Assembly (NCBI GenBank): GCA_043779265.1
Contig: JAYWEM010000118.1
Location: 1-37,517 of the forward strand
DNA from: a bacterium
GTDB lineage: Bacteria; Eisenbacteria; RBG-16-71-46
Direction: 5' to 3'
Length of the DNA: 37,517 nt
In this document: positions 1-9,605 of the stretch, one piece after another
Position numbering within the stretch: position 1 is the first letter of the stretch
Layout: each line of letters begins with the position of its first letter
Made by a program: the position numbers and the translations under genes
Notes under the pieces: generated by a model
What the model was told of the DNA's origin: nothing
Seen by the model: only the letters and a program-made list of their open reading frames with translations
Databases searched by the model: none

Positions 1-539
1 TTGTCCCAGGCCTTGGCCATGTAGACGTTGGGGTTGGCCATCACCGCGAACGGCGAGTCCGGGACGATCGCATCGCCGGGCCGGATGTCGAGCCGCTTCT
101 TCACGTCCCAGTCGGAGGTGGCGCCGACGTCGATGTACATCTCGCGGATCTCCAGGACCTTCTTGCGTTCCTCATCGCGCAGCTCGTGCGGCGGCTTCGA
201 GCCGACCACGCCGAGCACGTCACCCTTGCGGGTCTTGATGATCAGCCGCTGCGCCAGCACCACATGGCCCCACCAGCCCCCGAGCGGCAGGAACTTGATG
301 TAGCCCTCCTTGGTGATCGACTTCACCATGAATCCGACTTCATCCAGGTGACCGGCCAGCATGACGCGAGGGCCCTTGGCGTCGCCCACCTTCTCGCAGA
401 TGAAACTCCCGAGCCGGTCGCGCGACTGCGTGCCGACGCCCGTCAAGTACTTGGACATCAACTTGGCGACGTCACCCTCGAAGCCGGGGACACCATGCGC
501 ATCGACGAGTTCCTGGTAGAAGCGAAGCGAACGGTCCAT
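1..539 (-). CDS. M42 family metallo-aminopeptidase, 5' part only (runs off the left edge)
   Basis: Not in the ORF track. Manual translation gives MDRSLRFYQELVDAHGVPGFEGDV...VMLAGHLDEVGFMVKSITKEGYIKFLPLGGWW...GVVGSKPPH, with the M42-type G(F)E, HLDEVG and LGGW motifs. Confidence 0.9.
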   Translation of the reverse strand, partial: MDRSLRFYQELVDAHGVPGFEGDVAKLMSKYLTGVGTQSRDRLGSFICEKVGDAKGPRVMLAGHLDEVGFMVKSITKEGYIKFLPLGGWWGHVVLAQRLIIKTRKGDVLGVVGSKPPHELRDEERKKVLEIREMYIDVGATSDWDVKKRLDIRPGDAIVPDSPFAVMANPNVYMAKAWD

Positions 540-566
540 GAGTTCAGGTCTCTCTCTGGGAGGAGA

Positions 567-1592
567 TCAGCGTGAACGCGCCGGCGCCTTGTCCCGATGA
601 CGGGACTCGGCGAGCGCCAGGTCGAGGATGCGTGCGACGAGTTGATTGAACGTGAGGCCCTTGGCCGCAGCGGCCATCGGGACGAGACTGGTCGGGGTCA
701 TGCCCGGGATCGTGTTCACCTCGAGCACCTGTGGTTCGTCACCATCGTCAAGCATGAGGTCGACGCGGCAGACGCCGCGGCAGCCGAGCACCTGCGCTGC
801 TTCGGCGGCCAGCTCACGCACGTGACGCGCCAGGGCCTTGTCGAGTTCTGCCGGGCAGGTGTAGCGCGTCAGGCCCTTGGTGTACTTGGCGGCGTAGTCG
901 TAGAAACCGCTCTTGGGCTCGATCTGCACGATCGGGAACGCCTCCTCGCCGACGATCGCCACCGTCAACTCGCGGCCCTCGACGAACTGCTCGATGAGGA
1001 TCTGGCCCTCGGAGCCACCTGCCTTGACGAGCGCGGCATCGAGGTCGCTGGCGCGCTTCACGATGCTGAGCCCGACCGTGGAGCCCTCGGCGTTGGGCTT
1101 GACCACGAGTGGGAACCCACCCAGGTCGCGCGTCTGGATCGCGCTCGCCGGGACACCCGATTCGACGAGCACCCAGTGCGGCGTCGGGATGGCCTCGCGT
1201 TCGAACACGCGCTTGCTCATCGCCTTGTCCATCGCGATCGCGCTCGCGAGCACGCCCGAGCCCGTGTACACCTTGCCGGCGAGTTCGAGGGCCGCCTGCA
1301 CCGTGCCGTCTTCACCGTAGGTGCCATGCAGCGCGATGAAGACGACATCGGCTTCGCGCACGGCATCGCACTGCACCGCGGCGAGCATCGCCGAGACCGG
1401 CAGCACGCGCACATCCGACAGCGAGCGTGCGGAGTTCTCCTCATCGCCCGCGTTGAGCGTCGCACCATCGGCGCCATCAACGGACGTCGTCTCGTGGCCC
1501 AACTCGCGAAGCGCCTGCGCGACGCCCTGCCCCGTGCGCAACGAGATCTCACGCTCCGATGAGCGCCCACCCATGAGCACCGCGACCTTCAT
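567..1592 (-). CDS. ddl: D-alanine--D-alanine ligase
   Basis: Motifs MKVAVLMGGRSSEREISL, LHGTYGEDG, MDKAMSK, VVKPNAEGST, FYDYAAKY and LEVNTIPGMT. SD GGGAGG precedes the ATG at 1592. Confidence 0.96.
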   Translation of the reverse strand: MKVAVLMGGRSSEREISLRTGQGVAQALRELGHETTSVDGADGATLNAGDEENSARSLSDVRVLPVSAMLAAVQCDAVREADVVFIALHGTYGEDGTVQAALELAGKVYTGSGVLASAIAMDKAMSKRVFEREAIPTPHWVLVESGVPASAIQTRDLGGFPLVVKPNAEGSTVGLSIVKRASDLDAALVKAGGSEGQILIEQFVEGRELTVAIVGEEAFPIVQIEPKSGFYDYAAKYTKGLTRYTCPAELDKALARHVRELAAEAAQVLGCRGVCRVDLMLDDGDEPQVLEVNTIPGMTPTSLVPMAAAAKGLTFNQLVARILDLALAESRHRDKAPARSR

Positions 1593-1835
1593 GCAACCTC
1601 CCTGTGAGCCTGATGGATGGCCGAGGCCGAACGGGCCCGGCTCCGCTCTCGGCCGAAGAGCGGTGAGGCCGGCGCGTTCATGGTCCGCGACGGACCCGAA
1701 TGCGCGGCGCGGACCGTCGGGAAGTACGCGCGCCACATGGTGTTCGCGCGCCGCCCAGCGGTCCGGGTCGCGGATTGAACACCGACCGCGCGCTCTTCTG
1801 CAAGCCGGGTGCGACGAGTGCCGCGAGCGAGGCGC

Positions 1836-2261
1836 TCAGCGACCCCAGATGCTCTGGATGAACCAGGTGCCCACGAGGCCGGTCGACACGATGGCGGCGT
1901 ACACCCACCACGCCGGATGCACGGCCAGCGCCAGGACCAAGGTGCTCACGGAGATCGCCGACCACATGCCGGTCAGCCCCGTGATGCGGTCACGCCGGGT
2001 GATCAGGCCCCCGGGCTCCACGAATCGGGCGTAGGGCTTGAACATCGGCTGGGCCAGCAGCTTGGCGCGAAGCCCCGGGCAACTGCGGGCGAGGAAGAAC
2101 GACCCGATCAGCAGGAACACCGTCGTGGGCAGGCCCGGCACGAACACGCCGATGCCACCGAGCGCGAACGCGAGCACGCCGAGGGCGATGAACACCCAAC
2201 GATGGATCTCGAAGAGTGAGCGCGTGCTGTGGGCCACCGGGCGCTGTTCGGGCGAGTGCAT
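1836..2261 (-). CDS. YbaN/DUF454 family inner-membrane protein
   Basis: Family signature LGGIGVFVPGLPTTVFLLIGSFFLARSCP. Start uncertain (ATG 2261 or GTG 2306). Confidence 0.85.
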   Translation of the reverse strand: MHSPEQRPVAHSTRSLFEIHRWVFIALGVLAFALGGIGVFVPGLPTTVFLLIGSFFLARSCPGLRAKLLAQPMFKPYARFVEPGGLITRRDRITGLTGMWSAISVSTLVLALAVHPAWWVYAAIVSTGLVGTWFIQSIWGR

Positions 2262-2370
2262 GGTGGGTCGGGGTCTCGGGCGGTGGAGGTCGGACTGCGG
2301 GCTCACTCTAGGCTCGACGGCTCGGTGGCGCGACTGAAGAGGGGGTCGGCAGAACTTCGAGGCTTCGCGT

Positions 2371-2406
2371 TTAGGGCACCCTAACTATGGGCCGGATGGG
2401 CCGCAA
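2371..2406 (-). promoter_or_regulatory. Putative sigma70 promoter TTGCGG-N17-TAGGGT with overlapping palindrome TTAGGGCACCCTAA (DtxR/IdeR-like operator)
   Basis: The -35 is at 2401-2406 and the -10 at 2378-2383. The 14-bp TTAGG-N4-CCTAA palindrome at 2371-2384 covers the -10. Confidence 0.6.
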
Positions 2407-2438
2407 GCAATCGTGTTCCCTGGCGATCGGCTGTCACC

Positions 2439-2918
2439 CTACCCCACGTCCACCAGCGCCACCGCCATCGCGGCCAATCCCTCGCGGCGGCCGAGCGCGC
2501 CCAATTGCTCGTTGGTGGTCGCCTTGACCGACACCTGGCCCGGGGTGATGCCGAGCGCCTCGGCGATGCGCTCGCACATGGCGGCACGGTGCGGCGCGAT
2601 GCGCGGTGCCTCGGCGACGAGCATGGCGTCCACATTGGAGACCGTGGCGTTCGCCTCTCGAAGCAACGTGGCGATCCGCCGCAACAGGTCGAGGCTCGAG
2701 GCGTCCTTCCACTTGGGATCGCCCGGCGGGAAGTGCGTGCCGAGGTCTCCCAGGCTCGCCGCTCCCAGCAGCGCATCACCGATCGCGTGCAGCACGACAT
2801 CGGCGTCGCTGTGGCCCATGAGTCCCCACTCGGACTCGAGCCGGACGCCGCCCAGCACGAGCGGCCTGCCGGGTGCGATGCGATGGATGTCGTAGCCCAT
2901 GCCGATCCGCAGACTCAT
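2439..2918 (-). CDS. ispF: 2-C-methyl-D-erythritol 2,4-cyclodiphosphate synthase
   Basis: Motifs RIGMGYDIH, GHSDADVVLHA, GDLGTHFP and VSVKATTNEQLG. Confidence 0.97.
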   Translation of the reverse strand: MSLRIGMGYDIHRIAPGRPLVLGGVRLESEWGLMGHSDADVVLHAIGDALLGAASLGDLGTHFPPGDPKWKDASSLDLLRRIATLLREANATVSNVDAMLVAEAPRIAPHRAAMCERIAEALGITPGQVSVKATTNEQLGALGRREGLAAMAVALVDVG

Positions 2919-3604
2919 GCGCCCTCCTTGCGCGCGGGCTCGCCCTGCAGCCAGCGCTCGACCAGGGCCAGATCGGCCGAGGTGGTGATCTTGGGATTCG
3001 GGGACTCGCTCTCGACGACGCGCACGGCATGACCGAGCGCCTCGATGATCGCGGCATCATCGGTGGCGGCTTCGCGCGCGACGGCGTGCGCTTCGTCGAG
3101 CCATGCGCGGCGGAACACCTGCGGTGTCTGCGCGGCCCACAGCCCCGCGCGAGGGACCGTGGCGCGGATCTGCGTCGCCTCGACCTGCTTGAGCGTGTCG
3201 GCCACCGGGATCGCGGCGATGGCGCCGCCATGCGCTCTCGCTTCGGCCACGCAGCGCGAAATGAGCTGCGGCGTCACGAGCGCGCGCGCCGAATCATGCA
3301 CGGCGACGAGCTCGCACTCGGGCGGCATCGCGGCGAGGCCCTTGGCCACCGAGTGCTGACGCTCGGCGCCGCCCTCGACCCACGCCACGACCTTGCGAGG
3401 CGACAGCCCACTCGCCGAGAGCAGATCGCGCAGTTGCCGCACCGGGCCGACCACGACGAGCGAGTCGACGTCATCGCAGCGTTCGAACGCCTCGAGACTC
3501 CATGCGAAGAGCGGTCGGCCGGCGAGCGGCACGAGCGCCTTGGGGAGATCGGCGCCGAGCCGGGTACCGGCGCCCGCGCACAGCAGGATCGCGCCGGTGC
3601 TCAT
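2915..3604 (-). CDS. ispD: 2-C-methyl-D-erythritol 4-phosphate cytidylyltransferase
   Basis: Motifs AGAGTRLGADLPK, GGAERQHSV, VHDSAR, AQTPQVF, TDD and NPKITT. ATGA overlaps with both neighbours. Confidence 0.95.
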   Translation of the reverse strand: MSTGAILLCAGAGTRLGADLPKALVPLAGRPLFAWSLEAFERCDDVDSLVVVGPVRQLRDLLSASGLSPRKVVAWVEGGAERQHSVAKGLAAMPPECELVAVHDSARALVTPQLISRCVAEARAHGGAIAAIPVADTLKQVEATQIRATVPRAGLWAAQTPQVFRRAWLDEAHAVAREAATDDAAIIEALGHAVRVVESESPNPKITTSADLALVERWLQGEPARKEGA

Positions 3605-4095
3605 GCGACCTCGGTCACGGTGCCGCCGGTCATCGCGACCAGGTCGGCGGGCTCGAGGCGGAACAGCGAGTTGGGATGTCCCGCGGCAGCCCACAGTCCG
3701 GTGAGCGCCAGGAGATCGCGGTCGATCAGCGTGAGCATCTCGGTCGCATGTCCCAGCGGCGGGATGCCGCCGATCGCGAACCCGGTCATCTCGCGCACGC
3801 TCCTCGGATCGGCCATCGCAACGCTCTCGCCGCAGGCCGCGGCGACCTTGGCGAGATCGACGCGATTGGCGCCGCAGGTCTCGACGAGCACGCCGCGGCC
3901 CGAGGTCTCGCCTCGGAAGACGAGCGACTTCACGATCTGCGCCACCTCGCAGCCGACGGCATCGGCGGCGTCCTTGGCGGTGCGCACTGCGACCTCGAGT
4001 TCGATCACCTCATGTGCGAAGCCGCGCGCACGCAGAGCGTCCTGCACACGCTGCGCGGCATCGCTCAGGGGCTTGGGCGAGGCGGGCATGTTCAT
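3601..4095 (-). CDS. YbaK/EbsC family aminoacyl-tRNA deacylase (trans-editing)
   Basis: Motifs RTAKDAADAVGCEVAQIVKSLVF, TGFAIGGIPPLGH and WAAAGHPNSLF. ATGA overlap with the radA stop. Confidence 0.9.
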   Translation of the reverse strand: MNMPASPKPLSDAAQRVQDALRARGFAHEVIELEVAVRTAKDAADAVGCEVAQIVKSLVFRGETSGRGVLVETCGANRVDLAKVAAACGESVAMADPRSVREMTGFAIGGIPPLGHATEMLTLIDRDLLALTGLWAAAGHPNSLFRLEPADLVAMTGGTVTEVA

Positions 4096-5594
4096 GCGCG
4101 CGGCGCCTTCTCGGCGGGACGAGGCAGGCGCGTCTCGGGCGATGCGGCTTCGGGCCGCAGCGGCGCCACCTTCTCGCCGAGCAGTTGCTCGCACGCTTCC
4201 TTCAATGTGGCGAGCGGCACCAGTTCGATCCGTGCGCCCTCGGCATCAGCCTTCTGGCTCTTCGGGAATCCGGCGCGCTGGAATCCCATCTGCGCCGCCT
4301 CACGGACGCGCGCATCCAGCCGTGGCACTCGGCGCAACTCGCCCGACAGGCTCACCTCGCCCACCGCGAGTGTGCGCGCCAGCACCGGCCGACTGCGGAA
4401 ACTCGACGCGATGGCGAGCGCCACGCCGAGGTCGGCGCCCGGGTCGTCCAACTTGAAGCCGCCGGTCACGGTGACGAACACATCGTGCTTGCCGAGCCGC
4501 AACCCGACGCGGCGCTCGAGTACGGCGAGCAGCACCGCGAGCCGACGCTGATCGTAGCCGCTCGTCACGCGCTGCGGCGTGCCGTAGAAGCTGGTCGAGA
4601 CCAGCGCCTGCACTTCGACCAGCAGGGGCCGCGTGCCCTCGAGGCTCGCAACCACCGCGCCGCCCGGCGTGGCCTCACTGGCGTCCGAGAGGAACGCCTC
4701 GCTCGGGTTGAGCACTTCGCGGAGCCCGGACTCGAGCATCTCGAACACACCGAGTTCATTGGTCGAGCCGAAGCGGTTCTTGGCGGCCCGCAGCACGCGA
4801 TAGTGCTGGTAGCGCTCGCCCTCCAGGTAGAGCACCGCATCCACCATGTGCTCGAGCACGCGAGGTCCGGCCACGGCGCCGTCCTTGGTGACGTGCCCGA
4901 CCAGGAACACGGGGGTCTGCGAGCCCTTGGCGTAGTGCAGCATGGCCAGTCCGCACTCGCGCACCTGCGTCACGGTTCCGGCGCCGCCCTCGAGGTCGCC
5001 GCGCGTCAGCGTCTGGATGGAGTCCGCGATCATCACGTCGGGCCGCACCTCCGCGGCTGCCGCGAGCACGGTCTCGAGATCGGTCTCGCACAGCAGCAGC
5101 AGGGATTCGGGGACCGCGCCGAGGCGTGAGGCGCGCAGTCGGATCTGCTGCTCGCTCTCCTCGCCCGACACATAGAGGACGCGCTTGCCGTCTCGCCCGA
5201 TGGCCATGGCGAGTTGCAGCAGCAGCGTGCTCTTGCCGATGCCCGGATCGCCTCCCACCAGCACGAGCGAGCCGGGGACGAGCCCGCCGCCCAGCACGCG
5301 ATCGAGCTCCTGCATGCCGGTCGAGGCGCGGGCCGATCGTTCGAGTGAGACGTCGGCGAGCCGAAGCGGGCCCTTGGCACCGCCCTCCCCCGCGGGAATC
5401 CAGCGGGCGCGGCCCGAACGGACGGCGGGCGCGGCCGCCACGCCCCCACCCACGGGCGCCTCAGCCGCAGTGTTCCACTCGCCGCACGCGGTGCAGTTCC
5501 CGAACCACTTCGGCTGCTCGTTGCCACACGCCGTGCAGAAGAAGTGCGTCCGGTCGCTCTTCGCGCTCTTGGTCGACTTGCCGATTCGGGCCAT
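4092..5594 (-). CDS. radA: DNA repair protein RadA/Sms
   Basis: C4 zinc finger (CTACG...CTACG), Walker A GGDPGIGKST, KNRFG motif and a Lon-like C-terminus. Confidence 0.97.
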   Translation of the reverse strand: MARIGKSTKSAKSDRTHFFCTACGNEQPKWFGNCTACGEWNTAAEAPVGGGVAAAPAVRSGRARWIPAGEGGAKGPLRLADVSLERSARASTGMQELDRVLGGGLVPGSLVLVGGDPGIGKSTLLLQLAMAIGRDGKRVLYVSGEESEQQIRLRASRLGAVPESLLLLCETDLETVLAAAAEVRPDVMIADSIQTLTRGDLEGGAGTVTQVRECGLAMLHYAKGSQTPVFLVGHVTKDGAVAGPRVLEHMVDAVLYLEGERYQHYRVLRAAKNRFGSTNELGVFEMLESGLREVLNPSEAFLSDASEATPGGAVVASLEGTRPLLVEVQALVSTSFYGTPQRVTSGYDQRRLAVLLAVLERRVGLRLGKHDVFVTVTGGFKLDDPGADLGVALAIASSFRSRPVLARTLAVGEVSLSGELRRVPRLDARVREAAQMGFQRAGFPKSQKADAEGARIELVPLATLKEACEQLLGEKVAPLRPEAASPETRLPRPAEKAPRA

Positions 5595-5630
5595 GGGGCC
5601 CCCCTCACCGGGGGCGGTGGTGTTCGGTTC

Positions 5631-5714
5631 GTTCGGCGGGAGCCCGCGCCGCCTGCACGCTGCGGCGGCACGCTCGTCTCCGCATCCTGCAGGCGGCGCG
5701 GACTCCCGCCGAAC
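5631..5714. repeat. 27-bp inverted repeat forming a long hairpin between mlaD and radA
   Basis: GTTCGGCGGGAGCCCGCGCCGCCTGCA (5631-5657) pairs with 5688-5714 with one mismatch. An inner TGCGG/CCGCA stem is also present. Confidence 0.85.
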
Positions 5715-5724
5715 ACCGAGTGCG

Positions 5725-6618
5725 TCAGAAGATGCTGAGGTTGACGTACTTCTTGGGGTGCTTCTTGATGTCCTCGATCAGCGCCCTGAGCGACTTCACC
5801 GATTCGTTGACGTCGTTGTAGAGCTGCCTGTCGTTGACGAGCGCGCCCAGCGAGCCCGAGCCGCGATCGACCTTGCTCATCACGCTCTGGGTCGAGGCGC
5901 GCAGGCTGTCCATGCGGCCCGAGAGCAGTTCGAGGTTCCTGGCCGAGCGTTCGATCGAGTCGAGGGTCCGACGGTACTGCGCCTCACGATCGGCAGTCAG
6001 TGCCTTGGCCGTGTTGGTCACCGCCTCGGCGTTCTGCAACGTCTTCTCGAACGCCTTGCGGTTCTCCTTGACCATCGAGTTCAACTCCTCGCTCGTCTCG
6101 CGGAAGTTGGCGATGGTCTTGTCGAGGTCGCCGCTCTCATCCAGGCGGGCCGCCACGCGATTCATCGACAGGATCAACTGATCCACCGTCGCCATGCTGT
6201 TGCCGGCGGTCGCCATCACATCGCCCATGCCCTGCTCGAAGATGCCGGAGATCGTGTCGCGGTCGGTGTAGGGCTTACCCGCCAATGCCAGATCGACGGC
6301 GATCACCTTCTCGCCCATCAGGCCGACGTTGCGGATCGAGACCCGGCACGCGTCGGTCAGGATGATCTCCGAGGACAGCCCCAGGTCCACGATGACCTTG
6401 TCGCCCTGCAGCGCGATGCCGCTCACGGCCCCCTTGCGGATGCCGTTCACCTGCACCTCGTCACTGGCGCCGAGTCCACCCGTCTGGGGGAAGCGCACAT
6501 GCCACACACGCACCTTGCGGGCGAGCGAGAAGTCCTTGAGCCACGTCACGCCCCAGATGAGCGTGACGAGCGCCACGATCACCGTGAGTCCGACCTGGAT
6601 CTCCGTCCTGCGTTTCAC
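5725..6618 (-). CDS. mlaD: MlaD/MCE family substrate-binding protein
   Basis: N-terminal TM helix, MCE domain (FPQTGGL...VQVNGIRKGAV...GLMGEKVI), helical tail, GSLGALVND and DIKKHPKKY. GTG start with SD GGAGG. Confidence 0.88.
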   Translation of the reverse strand: MKRRTEIQVGLTVIVALVTLIWGVTWLKDFSLARKVRVWHVRFPQTGGLGASDEVQVNGIRKGAVSGIALQGDKVIVDLGLSSEIILTDACRVSIRNVGLMGEKVIAVDLALAGKPYTDRDTISGIFEQGMGDVMATAGNSMATVDQLILSMNRVAARLDESGDLDKTIANFRETSEELNSMVKENRKAFEKTLQNAEAVTNTAKALTADREAQYRRTLDSIERSARNLELLSGRMDSLRASTQSVMSKVDRGSGSLGALVNDRQLYNDVNESVKSLRALIEDIKKHPKKYVNLSIF

Positions 6619-6634
6619 GCGCGTTACCCTCCGT

Positions 6635-7381
6635 TCAGAGCGGCTGGATCGGGCCCTCGCTCGAGCCCTCGATGAACTGTCGCACGAACCGGTCACTCGT
6701 GCTGCGTGCCTCGTCCGGCGTTCCGGTGAACACGATCTTGCCCTCGTGCAGCATGGCGAGTTCATCGCCCACATGGAAGGCGCTGCTCATATCGTGCGTC
6801 ACGACGATGGACGTGATGCCGATGCGCTCCTGAAGCGAGCGGATGAGACGGTTGATGACATCCGACATGATCGGATCGAGTCCGGTGGTCGGCTCGTCGT
6901 ACAGGATGTAGTCGGGGTCCATGGCGATGGCGCGCGCGAGCCCGACTCGCTTGCGCATACCGCCCGAGAGCGAGGCCGGCTTCATCTCCTCGATGCCCTT
7001 CATGCCCACCCACTCGAGCCGCTCATCGACGCGCGCCGCGATCTCGTCGTCCGTCATGCGCGTGTGCTCGCGCAACATGAGCCCGACATTCTCGCCGACG
7101 GTCATCGAGTCGAACAGTGCCGCGCCCTGGAACAGGAATCCGAAGCGCTTGCGCACTTCGTTCAGGTCGTTCTCGCGCAGCCCGACGATGTTCGTGTCGT
7201 CGACCTCGATCGCTCCCTCGTCCGGATGCATCAGCCCCATGATGTGCTTGAGCAACACGCTCTTGCCGGTTCCGGAACGGCCCATCACGACCACGGTCCT
7301 GCCCTGTGGGATCTCGAGATCGACCCCGTCCAGCACCTGCTTCTCCCCCAGCTTCTTCTTGAGCCCTCGGATCCGGATCAT
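6635..7381 (-). CDS. mlaF: MlaF-type ABC transporter ATP-binding protein
   Basis: Motifs GRSGTGKS, FQGAALFDS, LSGGMRKRVGLARA, YDEPTTGLDP and VTHD. Confidence 0.92.
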   Translation of the reverse strand: MIRIRGLKKKLGEKQVLDGVDLEIPQGRTVVVMGRSGTGKSVLLKHIMGLMHPDEGAIEVDDTNIVGLRENDLNEVRKRFGFLFQGAALFDSMTVGENVGLMLREHTRMTDDEIAARVDERLEWVGMKGIEEMKPASLSGGMRKRVGLARAIAMDPDYILYDEPTTGLDPIMSDVINRLIRSLQERIGITSIVVTHDMSSAFHVGDELAMLHEGKIVFTGTPDEARSTSDRFVRQFIEGSSEGPIQPL

Positions 7382-8184
7382 TCGGCGAAGATGAAGCGGA
7401 AGAGGACATTGGCGAGCACGTAGTCGGAGATCAGCACGAGCACGCAGGAGGCGACCACGGCGCGCGTCGTCGCGATGCCGACTCCCTCGGCACCGCCCTC
7501 GGTGCGGAAGCCGTAGTAGCAGCCCATCCAGCCGATGATGCCGCCGAAGAACACGGCCTTGATGAGACCCGACCACAGGTCCTTCATGAAGAAGAACTGC
7601 TTGAGGCCGAGGACATAGGTGTGGCTGCTGACGCCGATGCTGGTGACCGCCACGACCCAGCCGCCGAACACGGCGATGGTGTTGGCCAGGATCGTGAGCA
7701 TCGGCAGCATCACGATGGCCGCGACGACGCGCGGCACCACCAGATAGCGGACGGGATTGATCGCCATCGACTCGAGCGCATCGACCTGCTCGGTGACGCG
7801 CATGGTTCCGAGTTCGGCGGCGATCGCAGCACCGACGCGGCCGCCGACGATGAGCGCGGTCAGCACGGGCCCGAGTTCGATGATGACCGAGCGCAGGATG
7901 ACCGAGCCGATGTACTTGAGCGGCACGACGGTGGAGAACTGATAGGCCGCCTGCACCGCCGCGACGGCACCGGTGAACAGGCTGACGATGACCACGAGCA
8001 GCAGCGACTGCACGCCGATCATGTGCATCTGGTCCACGACGAGCCGGAACGCGCTCACCCCGCGCACGAGGTTGCGGAACGTGTCGCCCACGAGCAGCGC
8101 GATGCGCCCGACCTCGGCGATCGAGTCGAGCACGCGAGTGCGAGCGCGTTCGTAGGTGCGCAGTGTCAGGGAGTCTTCGGACAC
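7378..8184 (-). CDS. mlaE: MlaE family ABC transporter permease
   Basis: Motifs ELGPVLTALIVGGRVGAAIAAELGTMRVTEQVDALE and GGAEGVGIATTRAVV. Confidence 0.93.
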   Translation of the reverse strand: MSEDSLTLRTYERARTRVLDSIAEVGRIALLVGDTFRNLVRGVSAFRLVVDQMHMIGVQSLLLVVIVSLFTGAVAAVQAAYQFSTVVPLKYIGSVILRSVIIELGPVLTALIVGGRVGAAIAAELGTMRVTEQVDALESMAINPVRYLVVPRVVAAIVMLPMLTILANTIAVFGGWVVAVTSIGVSSHTYVLGLKQFFFMKDLWSGLIKAVFFGGIIGWMGCYYGFRTEGGAEGVGIATTRAVVASCVLVLISDYVLANVLFRFIFAE

Positions 8185-8185
8185 G

Positions 8186-9568
8186 TCAGTACGATCTCTC
8201 CGAGTCGGACGCGGTCAAAGGCGAATACGGCACGAACTTGGTGCACTCGCGGATGAACGTCAGGTCGACATCATCGGTCGGGCCGTTACGCTGCTTGGCG
8301 ATGATCACCTGCGCCTTGCCCGGCTCCGGCGTGTCCGGCTTATACATCACCTCGCGATAGACGAACATCACGACGTCGGCATCCTGCTCGATACTGCCCG
8401 ACTCGCGAAGATCCGAGAGCTGCGGCCGGCCGCCACCGCCTCGCTGTTCAACGGCGCGCGAGAGCTGCGAAAGCGCGATGATCGGCACGCTCAGCTCTTT
8501 GGCCAATGCCTTCAGGCCGCGCGAGATCTGCGAGATCTCCTGGACGCGGTTCTCCGCGTTCGTGCTGGCGCGCATGAGCTGGAGGTAGTCGATCACGATC
8601 AGGCCGAGCTTGTTCTCGGACTTCAGCCGGCGGCACTTGGCGCGGATCTCGAGCACCGACTGGGCCGGCGAGTCATCGATGTAGATCGGCGCCTGCGTCA
8701 GCAGCCCGGCGCCAGTGGTGAGCCGCGGCCAGTCCTCGTTGCCGAGGAAGCCGGTTCGCACCTTGTGCAGCGGCACCTCGCTCTGCGAACAGAGCAGACG
8801 CATCGCCAACTGCTCTTTGCTCATTTCGAGCGAGAACACCGCGACCGGGACATTGAATCGGATCGCCGCGTTCTCGGCCATGTTCATGACGCACGAGGTC
8901 TTGCCCATGGCGGGTCGTCCGGCCAGGATGATGAGGTCGCCCGGCTGCCACCCGCTCGTCAGCTTGTCGAGGTCGTCCCATCCGGTCGGCACGCCCGTGA
9001 CCTGCACCTTGCGCTCGAACAGCTTCTGGATGTTGTCGAACGTCGGCTTGAGCAGGTCGCGGATGCTGGTGAAGCCCTGACGGATGCGCTGGTCGGTGAT
9101 GCCGAAGATGCGCGCCTCGGCCTGGTCGAGCAGGATCGCCGTCTCCTCATTGCCGCTGTAGCACTGCTGCTGGATCTCGGTGCTCGCCTTGATCAGTTCG
9201 CGCAGAATCGACTTGCTGTGCACGATGCGCGCGTGATGCTCGAGGTTGGCCGAGGTCGTGGCGTGATCGAGGATCTGCGCGAGTCCGGCCGCGCCACCGA
9301 TCGCCTCGAAGTCACCGCGCCGCTTGAGCTCCTCCGAGACGGTGATGACGTCGGCAGGTTCGTTGCGATTGAACAGCGAGACCAGCGATTCGAAGATCTT
9401 GCCGTGGGCGCTGCGGTAGAAGACGTGGGCGTCGATGATCTCGACGGCACGGCCGATGGCCGTCACGTCCAGCATCATCGCGGCCAGGATCGATCGCTCG
9501 GCATCGAGCGCCTGCGGCGGCGCCAGCGGGGCTCCGCTCATCGATTGTTCTCTCAAGGTGTCGGACAT
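8186..9568 (-). CDS. dnaB: Replicative DNA helicase
   Basis: Motifs PPQALDAERSIL, Walker A GRPAMGKT, FSLEM, IDYLQL, LSQLSR, DLRESGSIEQDAD and KQRNGP. Confidence 0.98.
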   Translation of the reverse strand: MSDTLREQSMSGAPLAPPQALDAERSILAAMMLDVTAIGRAVEIIDAHVFYRSAHGKIFESLVSLFNRNEPADVITVSEELKRRGDFEAIGGAAGLAQILDHATTSANLEHHARIVHSKSILRELIKASTEIQQQCYSGNEETAILLDQAEARIFGITDQRIRQGFTSIRDLLKPTFDNIQKLFERKVQVTGVPTGWDDLDKLTSGWQPGDLIILAGRPAMGKTSCVMNMAENAAIRFNVPVAVFSLEMSKEQLAMRLLCSQSEVPLHKVRTGFLGNEDWPRLTTGAGLLTQAPIYIDDSPAQSVLEIRAKCRRLKSENKLGLIVIDYLQLMRASTNAENRVQEISQISRGLKALAKELSVPIIALSQLSRAVEQRGGGGRPQLSDLRESGSIEQDADVVMFVYREVMYKPDTPEPGKAQVIIAKQRNGPTDDVDLTFIRECTKFVPYSPLTASDSERSY

Positions 9569-9605
9569 GGGGTCCTTCCCGGCGCTCAGGCGCCACGCGC
9601 GGGGA

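Noticed and set aside
567..1592. Van-type D-Ala-D-Lac ligase
   Set aside because: The omega loop FYDYAAKY has the Tyr of D-Ala-D-Ala ligases and there are no van genes nearby.
8186..9568. Intein in DnaB
   Set aside because: Normal length (460 aa) with contiguous motifs.
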